DNA from: the human T2T-CHM13v2.0 reference genome, Homo sapiens
NCBI RefSeq assembly: GCF_009914755.1
Contig: NC_060925.1
Strand: one strand, 5' to 3'
DNA length: 64,000 nt
The notes under the pieces are model-generated. The model ran no database searches, had not been told where the DNA came from, and saw nothing but the letters and a program-made list of their open reading frames with translations. The translations under genes were made by a program, and so were the position numbers. Position 1 is the first letter of the stretch. Every line of letters begins with the position of its first letter. This document shows, in pieces, positions 44,700 to 56,887 of the stretch.

Positions 44700-45400
44700 G
44701 AGCGTTGAGTTTTGGCGGTGCCGCCTCCCGGTGCTTGCCCACATTGCAGATGACCCTCCGGCAACCCGAGACGTCCTTCTGGCAGGGTCCAAGCACTCAC
44801 CCCCTTGCCACAGGCGCCTTGGCCCAGGTTCCCACTTGTCTTTATTGCTCTTGGGGCCAATCACCGACCCGGCCACCAGGTGGCGCCTGTTTATCATCTT
44901 CCGCACCTGCGCCCTGGGCTCACTCGCTGGGGCTGCCGGAGGACGCGCTCCTTCAGGACCCGCTGCGGCCACCAGGTGGAGCCTCTTTATCATCTTCCGC
45001 ACCTGCGCCCTGGGCTCACTCGCTGGGGCTGCCGGAGGACGCGCTCCTTCAGGACCCGCTGCGGCCACCAGGTGGAGCCTCTTTATCATCTTCCGCACCC
45101 GAGCCCCGGGCTCACTCGCTGGGGCTGCCGGAGGACGCGCTGCTGCGAGACCAGCCGCGGCGTCTTTGGCAGTAGTGGGCGTCCTTGCGGGTCCAGGAGG
45201 GCCCCTCTCCCGCGACCGCCGACCACGATGAGAGCGTGAAGACCCTCTCGAAAGGAAGGGCTCTGCTCTACACACTGGTGTCTCCTGCGGAAGGGCAGCT
45301 GGGCACGCCTTCCAGACCGAGGTATCAGACGAGAGGCCCCCTGGGGACGGGGCGGTTACCGCAGTCTCCCTTCTTGCTCCCGACTGTCAGCCCTCCTCCC
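44700..45400. promoter_or_regulatory. CpG island; candidate distal promoter/first exon of OR2L13
   Basis: High GC and CpG density in an AT-rich locus (seen). The OR2L13 link is from recall and cannot be shown from the sequence. Confidence 0.6.
44871..45140. repeat. 96-bp GC-rich tandem repeat, about 2.8 copies
   Basis: GGCCACCAGGTGG at 44871, 44967 and 45063. Confidence 0.95.
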
Positions 45401-45720
45401 CTCCCATCAGCAGCTCAGGGATGGGGCTGGCTCTGGGGCCTCCTCTTCCATCAACCCCTCAGCTACGGGGCTGGTTCAGGGGACTCCTCCCCTCCCATCA
45501 GCAGCTCAGGGATGGGGCTGGCTCTGGGGCCTCCTCTTCCATCAACCCCTCAGCTACGGGGCTGGTTCAGGGGACTCCTCCCCTCCCATCAGCAGCTCAG
45601 GGATGGGGCTGGCTCTGGGGCCTCCTCTTCCATCAACCCCTCAGCTACGGGGCTGGTTCAGGGGACTCCTCCCCTCCCATCAGCAGCTCAGGGATGGGGC
45701 TGGCTCTGGGGCCTCCTCTC
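45393..45720. repeat. 91-bp tandem repeat (dimer of 45/46-bp subunits), about 3.6 copies
   Basis: CAGCTCAGGGATGGGGCTGG at 45411, 45502, 45593 and 45684; copies essentially identical. Confidence 0.96.
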
Positions 45721-47257
45721 CCAGGCTCAGCTGCCGCTGGGACCCACTCCCCTGAGCGCCTCTCCCCTAAGTAATGTTATTCATAGCAAAAACTAGAAAA
45801 ACACATTTTAATGAAATAAATGTTCAGGTTAATTTTATTATAGCATGCCAACTAAATGTTTTATACTATAGAAATAAATATTTAACAAAATATGAAGATA
45901 TATATGAAACTTTAATGAAAAATGATTAGCCTTTCACAATTGGAAAATTAAAAACAATAGTAATAAATGTTAACCATATTTTGGTGAATTGGACATCATA
46001 ACATATTGTAGGCATACATGAAATATGGTACAAACATTTTAAAAAGAACAGTGTGGCAATATATATTAAGGACCTTAAATAAACTATGAAATTATCTTCT
46101 AATAATACAACTATTTAATGTTCATAATTTAGACATAAAATAAGCAATTATTATATATTAATAACATTTTTTCCCTGACAATTGAGTTTTTTTACTTGAT
46201 TCCAGTCCTGTAACAGTCTCCTATCCCTGGTGTGCTAAGGAGTTTTATTTCAGTAGAGAATGAGTAAAATTACTAATATAATGATATATAAAAATGTATT
46301 GCTAAGAGACGTTCAAAATTGACTGGAAGTGCTAATGTTAATATTAGATGCATCAGGTGCTGTATTTTTTTAAAGCCTGCTTTTACAACTCATAATAATA
46401 CCTAATGTGGACCCAAGAGCAGCATGAAATCAGAGACAGTAAAAATCCGAATAGCAAGATATTATTGTAAGCAAGAGAAAGTCATTCTGCTGAACAGATC
46501 TGAGGATGATATAGAAGTTTAGAAGTCAGAATTCATAGATTTACAAATTTCCAGATTAAAATACAAAAATAATCTGTGATAGGGCTAAAAAACATTTTTT
46601 TCCTGTTGGGGATATAGAAACATAGAAACGCCTACATTGAGGGTAGTAGAAGACTTCATGTAAATAAACATGCCCACACACACATGCACACATACACACT
46701 GACACACACACATATATTTTTCTTAATAAAGAGTGTAAAGAGCATGGTTCAATCAGTGTGGGATTGTAAAGCATACTTGGATGAAATTGGAAGTGGAAAG
46801 TAAGATATTTTAAACATTAACCACATACCTAAAGTACTGCACATAGAAATAATTAGGCTTAAAGGTAAAGCCTATCACAATCTAAAGACATGCATTTGTA
46901 GTGGTGCGTGTTCAGATACCTGGGTATTGTGGTGGAGATACACATAGTCTTTTGAACATTCCGTTGTAGGTCGCTGGTAGCTGGATATGTCCTTTAAACT
47001 TTTGTGGCAATTCATTTGAGAAGAAACGCAGCTTTTTCTATTGAGTTCTTATGCTATAAGTAAAGGATGCAAGACATTAATTAGACAAAATAAGGTAAAA
47101 TTTTGTATTCGCTTAGAGAGTTTAAGAGGCTATTAGCCACTAGTCTCTATAGTGCCTAAGTAAATCGATTCTGCTTAATAAACTGCTACCTGGCTTAGTA
47201 AGTAAACAAATTGAAACTTATTTTAGGAAAGAAATATATATTCTTATATCTACATCA

Positions 47258-47700
47258 GATTCTCTTATGTAGAAACATTAGAGGGTGAATGAGGAGTTAA
47301 TGTAAGCAGCATCATATTTTTGCTCATTCCTTTCTCTATGATTTCTGCTTCTTCTGTCCAAATTCTGTGAGGTGTCCTCTAGATGAAATTATCACAGGCA
47401 TGGAAAAGGTCATTTTCCACTTGGTCCATCCTCATGATTGCAGTTGTAACATACTGGGACTCATTCATTTTCACATATGTATATGAGACTTAAATCATCC
47501 ACATTTCAGGCCAGGTTAAGTTTCTAGAAATATTCTATGCTTTCCTTGCACTTACACTCAATCCTGTCGTCTACAGCGTTGGCACTGACAGTGTTCTGGT
47601 GGCAATGAAAAATATGCTCTAGAGCAACATTCTACATAAAAAAAAGAATAGGAAAATTCCTTTCACTTGTGTATTCCCTCTATTTCCACATTCAATGTCT
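47258..47700 (+). pseudogene. OR2X1P: OR pseudogene fragment (ECL2 end to C-terminus), paralog of OR2AJ1
   Basis: Aligns to OR2AJ1 about 42170-42600 (AGATGAAAT.ATCA.AGGCA.GGAAAA.GTCATTTTCCACTTG; ATGAAAAATATGCTC) with stops and frameshifts; name from recalled gene order. Confidence 0.7.
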
Positions 47701-48619
47701 ATAGAGTGTTGTTAGTTTCTTTGGAAAGAAAACCGAACCTTCTGTCTTTCTAAGTGTAGAAAGATGTGGATATTTTCAAAACCCCAATAATAATAAAGTT
47801 TTTACATATGTTTGTTTTTTCAATGCATGTCTAAAAATGTATTGTTCCTCTTGTGGGTACCGATTTCAATCACTCAACACACTCTAGAAAGACAAAGATA
47901 ACCTAAGGCTTCCACCACCCTCCCACTAAAATTGTAAGAATATATAAGAATTACATTTGAAATACAATCAAACCATTATATTAAAAACATGTACTAATAT
48001 AATATCTGTGTTTTTATGAAACTTCCTAAAATTGTATTTCAAGTCTCACAATCAGTTTCATTTCAAAAATCTACAACTCCACTTGAAATTACCATTATTC
48101 ATTGAATGGTTTGTTTTGACACTTTAGTTTCCTCAAGTGAAAAATACATGCACATACACATATATACATACACATACTTACATACATTGATTGTAGTCAA
48201 ATCAAGTTTCTCATTCTTTGTTGGAAGCATGAATACAATATTTAAGAATATCCTGAAAATTATGTCTTATTTCATGTATACATACAGGCTTATATTTTAC
48301 AAACCCTTCTAACAATTTATCCTAAAAGTTATTGCAAAGAGAAAAATAAATGTTTCTATTAGGAATACTTTTAAATGGTTTTATTAATAGGAAAAACTAG
48401 AAAAACATTTTAATGAGGTAAATGTTTTAAGTTAATTTTATCAAGTTAACTAGATTTTGTATATTTAATAAATATCATAAAGTATTTAACAAAATATAAA
48501 GGTATCATAGCAAGCTTTAATGGGTGAAAGTGTTACTTTGCCTTCTATAATTGGAAACTTTAAGACAGTAACAATAATTGTTATCAAAGTTTTGGGTTGA
48601 ATTTAACAGAAAACCTATA

Positions 48620-48755
48620 GGTATTCCTTATCCAACTCACTGTTGATGAGCACCTAGGTTGAATGTATGTCTTTGCTGTTGTGAATAGTGCAGCAATGAA
48701 CATATGAATGCATGTGCCTTTTTGGTAGAATGATTTTGTGTGTGTGTGTGCATAC

Positions 48756-48793
<38 letters not shown>

Positions 48794-49330
48794 TAAGCAA
48801 TGGAATTGCTGCGTCAAATGGTATCCTTTTTAAATTTTTTGAGAAATCTCCAGACTGCTTTCCATAGCTGCTGGACTAATTTACATTCCCACCAACAGCA
48901 TATAAGAATTCCCTTTTCTCTGCAGCTTCATCAACATCTGTGCTTTTTTTTAAATTTTTTGTAATAGCCATTGTGACTTGTATGAAATGGTGTCTCATTG
49001 TGGTTTTGATTTGCATTTCTGTGATGATTAGTGATGCTGAGTATTTTTTCGTATGCTTGTTGGCCACTTGTATGTCTTCTTCAGAGATGTGTCTGTTCAT
49101 GTACTTTGTGCATTTTTTAATGGGGTTGTTTTTTGCTTGTTGATTTATTTAACTTCCCTATATATTCTGGGCATTAGATCTTTGTCAGATGCTTAGTTTG
49201 CAAATATTATTTCCTATTCTGTAGGTTGGCTGTTTCCTCTGTTGGTAGTTTCTTTTGCTGCACAGAAGTTCTTTCATTTAGTTAGGTCCTGCTCATCAAT
49301 TTTATTTTGTTGCTGTTAATTTTGGAGACT
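48620..49330 (-). mobile_element. L1 (L1PB/old L1PA) ORF2 C-terminal fragment with (TG)n
   Basis: MNRHISEEDIQVANKH...MQIKTTM and MFIAALFTTAK peptides. Confidence 0.88.
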
Positions 49331-51224
49331 TATAAGTCAGGTAGAGGAGTAAGTATTTGGGTTATATCATAGATATTGAAAGGTTTGCTCTCTGAGGCAT
49401 GTCAAAAGAGAGTTTAGATATATAAAGAATGGTGAATGGATACTAGACTTTCTGATGAACTAGCATTACCATGCCCCTCATTTATTTATTTACATGGTCA
49501 TTGTAAAGGAGATATGGAATATGTAAGAAGTTTGTTATATGCATGATACTTGGAGAAATAGACATGGAAGATGAAAAAAATAGATGGATTTTGGTCTTGA
49601 TTCCTCAATTAAACCAACAAATTCCTGTGGTGCTATTTGGACAGACGCCGAATGGAGAGAGATAGAGAAAAAGAGAGAGAGAGAGAGACCTTGTCATGAA
49701 AGAGAGAGACCTTGTCATGAAAGAATTTGTGAAACAAATGGACAAGCATTGGTACCTATAGAACCTAGTGATGGAGTGTGACTCAGAGCTGTGTACAAAG
49801 GCTGTCTCTTCATTTCATTAATGAATACAATGTGTGGCAGGGATACAGGAATGTCTCTTATTCTCTTCGGCATCTTAAAGTTTCTGTATGTTTCAGATTT
49901 TGTGGCATGGAGCCTTCCTAGTGAGAATCCCAATCATGATTAATTCCCATTTGGTCTCACAAGCTGGTAAATACTGGGAATTATTGTGTTACTATGACTG
50001 TAGCCTCCCAGTACCAGTCTTGGTTTCCTTTCTTTCTGTCCTTCAATCCAGACTGGCTTTCAGATACACACATACACAAAAAAACTACATGATCTCACTT
50101 ACATATTGGGCCTAAAAATAATTGGAATAAGTTGCCCAGACTGGTCTCAAACTCATGGGTGCAAATCATCTGGAAACCATCCTCACAAAATGAATAAAAC
50201 TAAATTCTGGGTTTTTAACCAAAAGCATAAACTTTTAGTAGAAGCATACAGTAAGCATGAACCAGCTTGCCCAATAACCTATTTTGTGTGGCTGCTTAGT
50301 GCTTAAAAGTCATGTAGCCCCTGTCACAAGGTCCTCATTTCCCTTAATTGCTTCTTTAGATATCATCTTTAATATTAGGAAACCTCAAGTTTTCTACATA
50401 AAATGTTTTCTAGATCCTGAATTCCAGTGGGTCCACGGAACCAGTGGGGCTACCGAGCTTGTCTGAGAAACTGACTCAGTGTACTACATGTTCTACTTGC
50501 CAATAATTAAACTAGTAATATAAATTATATAATATTGGATTAGTCTTAATCCCAGTCTCTTATTGATTCCTAATGACATTTATGAAAATAATTTGGTGTT
50601 CTAAATTTTCTATAAAAAATTGCCCAAAGTCATAAAGTAACTGAAAATAAATTGCTCTGCAGAGAAGCAGAAACCTGCCAAAATTTTTAAAAAATGTATT
50701 TGGAAATTAAATTAGAATAGTTTCAGTGCATTTAAATGATTTTTATTAGGGTAAATATATATAAGAGAAACACCATTTTAACCATTTTAAGTGTAGAGTT
50801 CTGTGTCATTGCACATTTATATTGTGCAATCATCCCTATCGTGCATATCCAAAACAGTTTCATTGTCTCCAACTAACACTTTGTTCTTGTTAAACAATTA
50901 CTCTCCTTCTCTCCCTTCTCCCATTCCCTGGGGTCCACTCTTCCACTTCCTCTCTCTATGAATTTCACTACTCTGGGTACTTCGTGTAGGCGAATTCATA
51001 CAATATTTGTCTTTTGTGACGGACTTATTTCGCTTAGCATAATATATTCGAGGTTCATCCATGTTGTAGCATGCGTCAAAATGTCTTCTCTTTTTAAAAC
51101 TATATATACATACATTTTTATTGATTCTTCTGTAGATGAGCACTTTCTTTCTTTCTGCCTTTGGGCTATTGTGAATAATGTTGCTATAAACATGGGCATA
51201 GAAATATTTGTTTGATGCAAAAAC

Positions 51225-51457
51225 AGAGTAACAAATAAGTGGGAGCTAAACATTGGGTACACATGGACATAAAGATGGGAATAGTAGACACTGGGGACTC
51301 CAAAAGAGGAGAGTGAGGGAGGAGGCAAGGGTTGGAAAGCTACCTATTTGTACTATGTTCATTATTTTAGTGAAGGGTTCAACAGAAGCCCAAACCTCAG
51401 CATCACACAATATAACCATGTAACAAACCACAAATGTACTCCCTGAATAAAAAAAAA
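51225..51457 (+). mobile_element. Short 5'-truncated L1 3' end
   Basis: ATAAGTGGGAGCTAAACATTGGGTACACATGGACATAAAGATGGGAA...AATAAAAAAAAA. Confidence 0.85.
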
Positions 51458-51557
51458 TCCAAAAATATCTGTTCAGGTGTCTGCTTTTATTTACTGGATA
51501 CACTGAAATTGTTGGATCATATACTAATTCTATGTTTAAATTTTGAGGAATTCCTAC

Positions 51558-51785
51558 ACATATGGTTCCAGATTTACAATAATTTGATGTTTTTTGACTT
51601 TATGATGAATTTATCGAAACATAACCCCAGTGTAAATTGAGGAGCACCTGGACATATGATGGTTTGACTTGCACCTTTTTATGTTATGATGAGTTTATCA
51701 GGATATTAACTTTTTACTTACAGTATTTTCAACTTATGATGGTTTTTTCAGGGTGAAACTCCACTGTAAGTGAGAAGCATCTGTA
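51558..51785. mobile_element. MER47/Tigger5-like DNA transposon remnant
   Basis: Ends GTAAGTGAGAAGCATCTGTA; internal GAGGAGCACCTG resembles the MER47 TIR. Confidence 0.65.
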
Positions 51786-52309
51786 TCATTTTCCACAGTG
51801 CCTTTATTATTTGACATTTCCCCCAACTATTCTTTTATAATTTTTTCTCTTACATTTAGATTTTTGATTCATTTTGACTTAATTTTTCTATATACTATAA
51901 AGTAAACATCCAACTTCAATATCTTGAATGTAAATATCCACTTTTCCAAACACCATTTATCGAAAAGACTGTCCCTTCTCCACGAGTGGACTTAGTTCCC
52001 TTTTTGAAAAAAGGTTGCCATGTATATGAGAGTCTATTTCTTGACTCTGTTTTCCTCTGTTGGGCTATATGTCTGGCTTTGTGCCAGTGCCACATTGTTT
52101 TGATTACTATAGCTTTGAGTAAGTTTTAAAATCAGAAAGGATGAGTCTTTAAATTTTGTTCTTTTTTAAAAAAAGTCAAGATTTTTTGAATATTGAGGAT
52201 CCTTTAAGATTCATATAAATTTTAGGATGAGCTTTCTGTTTGTGAGAAAAAAGATTTATTTGAATTTTGATGGAGATTCCATTGAATCTTTTTTTTTGCT
52301 TTGCATGCT

Positions 52310-53960
52310 TTATTATTTTTTTAATAATTATTTTATTGTTTGTTTTTAAGTTTCAGGGTACATATGCAGGATGTGCAGTTTTGTTACATAGGTAACCATG
52401 TGGCATGGTGGTTTGCTGCTTTTATCAATTCATCACCTAGGTGTTAGGCCCAGCATGCATTATCTCTTTTCCCTAATGCTCTCCCCCAAATTGTCCTCCC
52501 CCAACAGGCCCCAGTAAGTGTGGTTCTTCTCCCTGTGTCAATGTGTTTTCATTGTTCAGCATCCACTTACAAGTGAGAACATGCAGTGTTTGCTTTTCTG
52601 TTCTTGCATTAGTTTGCTGAGGATAATGGCTTCCAGCTCCATCCATGTCCCTGCAAAGGACATGATCTTGTTCCTTTGTATGGCTGCATAGTATTCCATG
52701 GTGTATACGTACCACAATTTCTTTATCCAGTCTATCATTAATGGGCATTTGGGTTGATTCCACATCTTTGCTACTGAGCATAGTGCTGCAATGGACATAC
52801 ACGTGCATGTACCTTTATAATAGAATAATTTATATTAGTATTCTCTGATGATTGTATTTCTGTGGGATCAATGGTGGTATTTCCCTTATGGTTTCTGATT
52901 GTGTTTGTTTGAATATTATCTCTTTTCTTCTGTATTTGTCTTGCTAATGATCTATCTATTTTATTGATTTTTTTTTTCAAAAACCAGCTCCTGGATTCAT
53001 TAATTTTTTGAAGGGTTTTTTGTGTCTCCATGTCCTTCAGTTTCTCTCTGATCTTGGTTATTTCTTACCTTTTGCTAGCTCTGGGGTTTGTTTGCTCTTG
53101 GTTCTCCAGTTCTTTCAGTTGTGATGTTAGGGTGTCGATTTGAGATCTTTCTAGCTTTTTGCTGTGGGCATTTAGTGCCATAAGTTTCCCCTTTAACACT
53201 GATTTAGCTGCATCCCAGAGATTCTGATAAGTTGTCTCTTTGTTTTCATTGATTTCAAAGAACTTCTTGATTTCTGCCTTAATTTCATTATTTACCCAGG
53301 AGTCACTCAGGAGCAGGTTGTTCAATTTCCATGTAGTTGTGTGGTTTTGAGGGATATTTTAATCTTGAGTTCTAATTTGATTGTGCTGTGGTCTGACAGA
53401 CTGTTTGTTATGGTTTCATTTATTTTGTATTTGCTGAGGAGTGTTTTACTTCCAATTATGTGGTCAATTTTGGAGTAAGTGCCATATGGTGGTGAAAAAA
53501 TGTATATTGTTTTTGGATGGAGAGTCCTGTAGATATCTATCAGGTCCACTTGGTCTAGAGCTGAGTTCAAGTCCTGAATATCTTTGTTAATTCTCTGGCT
53601 CAAGATCTAATAGTGACAGTGGGGTATTAAAGTCTCCCGCTATTATTGTGTGGGAGTCTAAGACTCTTTGTATGTGTCTAGGAACTTGTTTTATGAATCC
53701 GGGTGCTCCTGGATTGGGTGCATATACATTTAAAGTGGTTAGTTCTTCCTGTTGAATTGAATTCTTTAACATTACAAAATGCCCTTCTTTGTCTTTTTTG
53801 ACCTTTGTTGGTTTGAAGTCTATTTCGTCAGAAACTAGGATTGCTACCCCTGCTTTTTCCTTCTTTCCATTCACTTGGTAAATTTTCCTCTATCCCTTTA
53901 TTTTGAGTCTATGTGCATTTTTGCACATGAGATGTGTCTCTCGAATACAGCACACCAATG
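52310..53960 (-). mobile_element. L1PA with 3' UTR fused directly to the endonuclease region (large internal deletion)
   Basis: 3' UTR and ORF2 end at 52310-52835 joined to EN/post-EN peptides (AGVAILVSD, NVYAPN, GDFNTPLS, SKIDHI, SDH). Confidence 0.88.
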
Positions 53961-55964
53961 GGTGACTTTGGGTATTGTTGACATCTTAACCGTATTAGCC
54001 TTCGATAAATAAATATGTAGGATGCATTTCCATTTATTTTTGTCTTCTTTAATCGCTGTAATCAGCATTTTGTCATTTTCAGTGTGTAAAGTTTTCACCT
54101 CCTTGGTTTGGTTTATTCTAAGTGTTTCATTTCTTTTTGATACTATTGTTAATAAAATGAGAGTGCAATTTTCAGATTGTTTATTGTTAGTGTATAGAAG
54201 TACAGCAGGTTTTGGCTGTTGTTGATGTTACATCCTATAATTTTCCTGATTTTGTTTATTGCTTATCCTAAGTTTTCTACATATATAATTATGTCATATG
54301 CAAACAGAAATAATTTTACTTTTCTTTTGAATTAAGATATTTTTATTTCTTTCTTATTTAATTGCTTTGACTGAACTTCCAGTAATATGTTGAACAGAAG
54401 CCGGGAAAGTGGACTGTAGTGTCTTGTTCCAAATCTCAGACTAAAAGCTGCCAGTCCTTCATTATTATGATGAAGCTGCAGGTTAAATTCTTAACTGGGA
54501 CAAAATTTTTACATCACTTTAATGTTTTATTCAAGTAATGCATAGACATAGTCTCAGCAGACCACAGGGTAAAATGTTAGAAACATAACAAACTCTTGCT
54601 GACCCCAAAGGCAAGGACTTCAATTTATCTTTCCAGTTTTTCCCCATATTTGCCCTTGTATTTTTAGACAATATGTTCATCTGCTAATGCCTGATTTCTA
54701 TATCCCAAATAGCATTCCTTGACCCATGATATATGCTAGCATGGATAGCGACCTGCTCCCTCCTCCATAATCACCCCCAGGTTCCTTACCCTTCTCCCAT
54801 TGTCACAGCAGAATTACATTCCACTTTATGTCTGCAATGAGGGGTTGACAACATCATTTCATCTTACAGAATTTATTGCTGCAATACAAAAAAAAACTAT
54901 TGCATTTGAACATGATAGTTAATATATTTCAGTTGAGAGAAATTTTTTTAAGAATACTAACTTCACTATTATTTTGCTATATCCCTTTCTAGGAATGTCC
55001 TTAAGCACATATTGGTCCTCCTGTATGAATCCCCTCATTTTTCTATCTTCCCTAAATAGCAGTCTTTTCATGTGGTTATTGCTTTTGTTTACCTTCAAAT
55101 AGAGTTTTCTTACTTTGTCTTTTGAAACTTCCGCTTAATATTTTTATCAATTAATACAATTTTAGTTTTCAAAAGTTCTTTAATGTTACGTGTCACATCC
55201 TTTCATATAGCAAATGATATTTATTTTATGGATTTCATAACAGATCATACATCTCTGAAGAAAGGAATTTTGATCACAAAAAACTATTCTTTCTGCATAT
55301 TTTAATCATTTTAAAGTCAGTGTATTTATGCATATGACTGTGTGTGATTGTGCATATTTGTGTGTGTTTGCACACTGGGAATCTTCCTCGTACATGTTGT
55401 TATACTTGCTCCAAATTCTGGTGATCTTTGGCTCTAGACTAATATTTAAGCCTAAAAACTCTGGTTCTTTTAGGCTTACTGTGCAAAGCTGTTTACTGAT
55501 GTCTTACATCTGGAGTGGAATTTCTAACACACCTCTACCTAGAAGTCTGTCAGAATTTTAGTTTCTTTTTTTTATTTAGGCAATTGAACGCTCCTCCAAG
55601 TGCATTCTTTTGAAGGATCCATAAAGCAATGTGTAATGTTATCTAATCACTAGAGAAGCAAAAGACAAAATCTGTAACATATTTGGTAAGGGGTCTGCTT
55701 TAAATAGAGTATTCTGAAATTAGGCGAGGAGGCCAAAGAGAATGGATGATGATGAATATTGAAAATCAAGAGTGTGGATTAATATGACTTTCCGTAAAAG
55801 GGACACAGCAATAAGGATTTATTCTAGGTTTCTAAATAGGAGGACCAAATTATAACTGACAAAAGAAGTTTGACTTGGCATTATTGCACAAAGATCATTC
55901 AAGTTTCTCAAAATGAGAGACAAGCTGCTGCAGTTTTAGAAGTAAATCTGACAGAATAAACATG

Positions 55965-56262
55965 GGTTGGGTGGGGAGCTGTTGCCTGCAATCACAGCAC
56001 TTTGCAAGGCCGAGACAGGAGGATTACTGAGGCCGAGGGTTCAAAACCAGCCTGAGAAACACAGTGACACTTCATGTCTACAAAAGCATAAAGTTAACTA
56101 GGCATTGTGGCACGTGGCTGTAGTCGCAGCTACTCAGGAGGCTGAGGCAGGAGGATCACTTGAGCCCAGAAGTTCAAGGCTGCAGTGAGCTATGATCTTG
56201 CCACTGCACTCCAGCCTGGGTAACAGAGAGAGACCCTGTCACTTAAAAAAAAAGAAAAAGAA
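55965..56262 (+). mobile_element. AluJ
   Basis: GGAGGATCACTTGAGCCCAGAAGTTCAAGGCTGCAGTGAGCTATGAT, AluJ-type right arm. Confidence 0.9.
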
Positions 56263-56569
56263 TAAGTGTGGAAATATAACAGATCATTCTATAAAGGTAA
56301 GACTAATTTATTCAAATATAAATCTGTAATGTATGCATTTATAGTGACTTTCTATGCATAGGTATTCAGTATAATATTTGACTTTGAATATATCTGAGTT
56401 TGCGTCAGGCAGTAAACCATTCATATTCTACTGAAGTTGTAATAGAGGTATCTTTCTTATAAATTTACATATTTCTCAGAAAAAAACTAGTAACAAATGT
56501 TGATCTCATCAAATATGAAACTCTGGGTAAGAAAATAAGATTTCTTTTTTCAAAATAGGTAAAAATCAG

Positions 56570-56838
56570 AACAAAGAAGTCTGAGTACAGTACAATAAAA
56601 GATTTTGAGAAAGATAGAGATCATATTCACATATTTATAGTATACTGTATAATTGTTCTATTTTATTATCAGTTACTCTTGTTAATCTCTTACTTGTCTA
56701 ATTTATTAATTAAACTTTATCAGAAGTATGTATAGACAAAAATAATAGTGTATTTAGGGTTCAGTATCAACTGCAGTTTCAAACATCCACTGGGGGGGCT
56801 TGGAATGCATCCCCTGCAGATAAGGGCGAATTACTGTA
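56570..56838. mobile_element. MER2 (Tigger-type) DNA transposon remnant
   Basis: CAGTTTCAAACATCCACTGGGGGG.CTTGGAATGCATCCCCTGCAGATAAGGG...TACTGTA terminus. Confidence 0.75.
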
Positions 56839-56887
56839 CGTAAATTACTCTTGTGTCTCCCTTCCGAATGGATTGTAGGAATGCTCC

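Larger units (their letters stand above)
50740..54470 (-). mobile_element. Old L1MB-like host element with several nested insertions
   Basis: Antisense L1 segments at 50740-51215, 51465-51555, 51790-52290 and 53965-54470, interrupted by younger elements. Confidence 0.75.

Noticed and set aside
44673-45796. Several overlapping 117-203-aa ORFs on both strands
   Set aside because: Expected in GC-rich tandem repeats; the CLK3 frame is broken and kinase motifs (DLKPEN, DFG) are mutated
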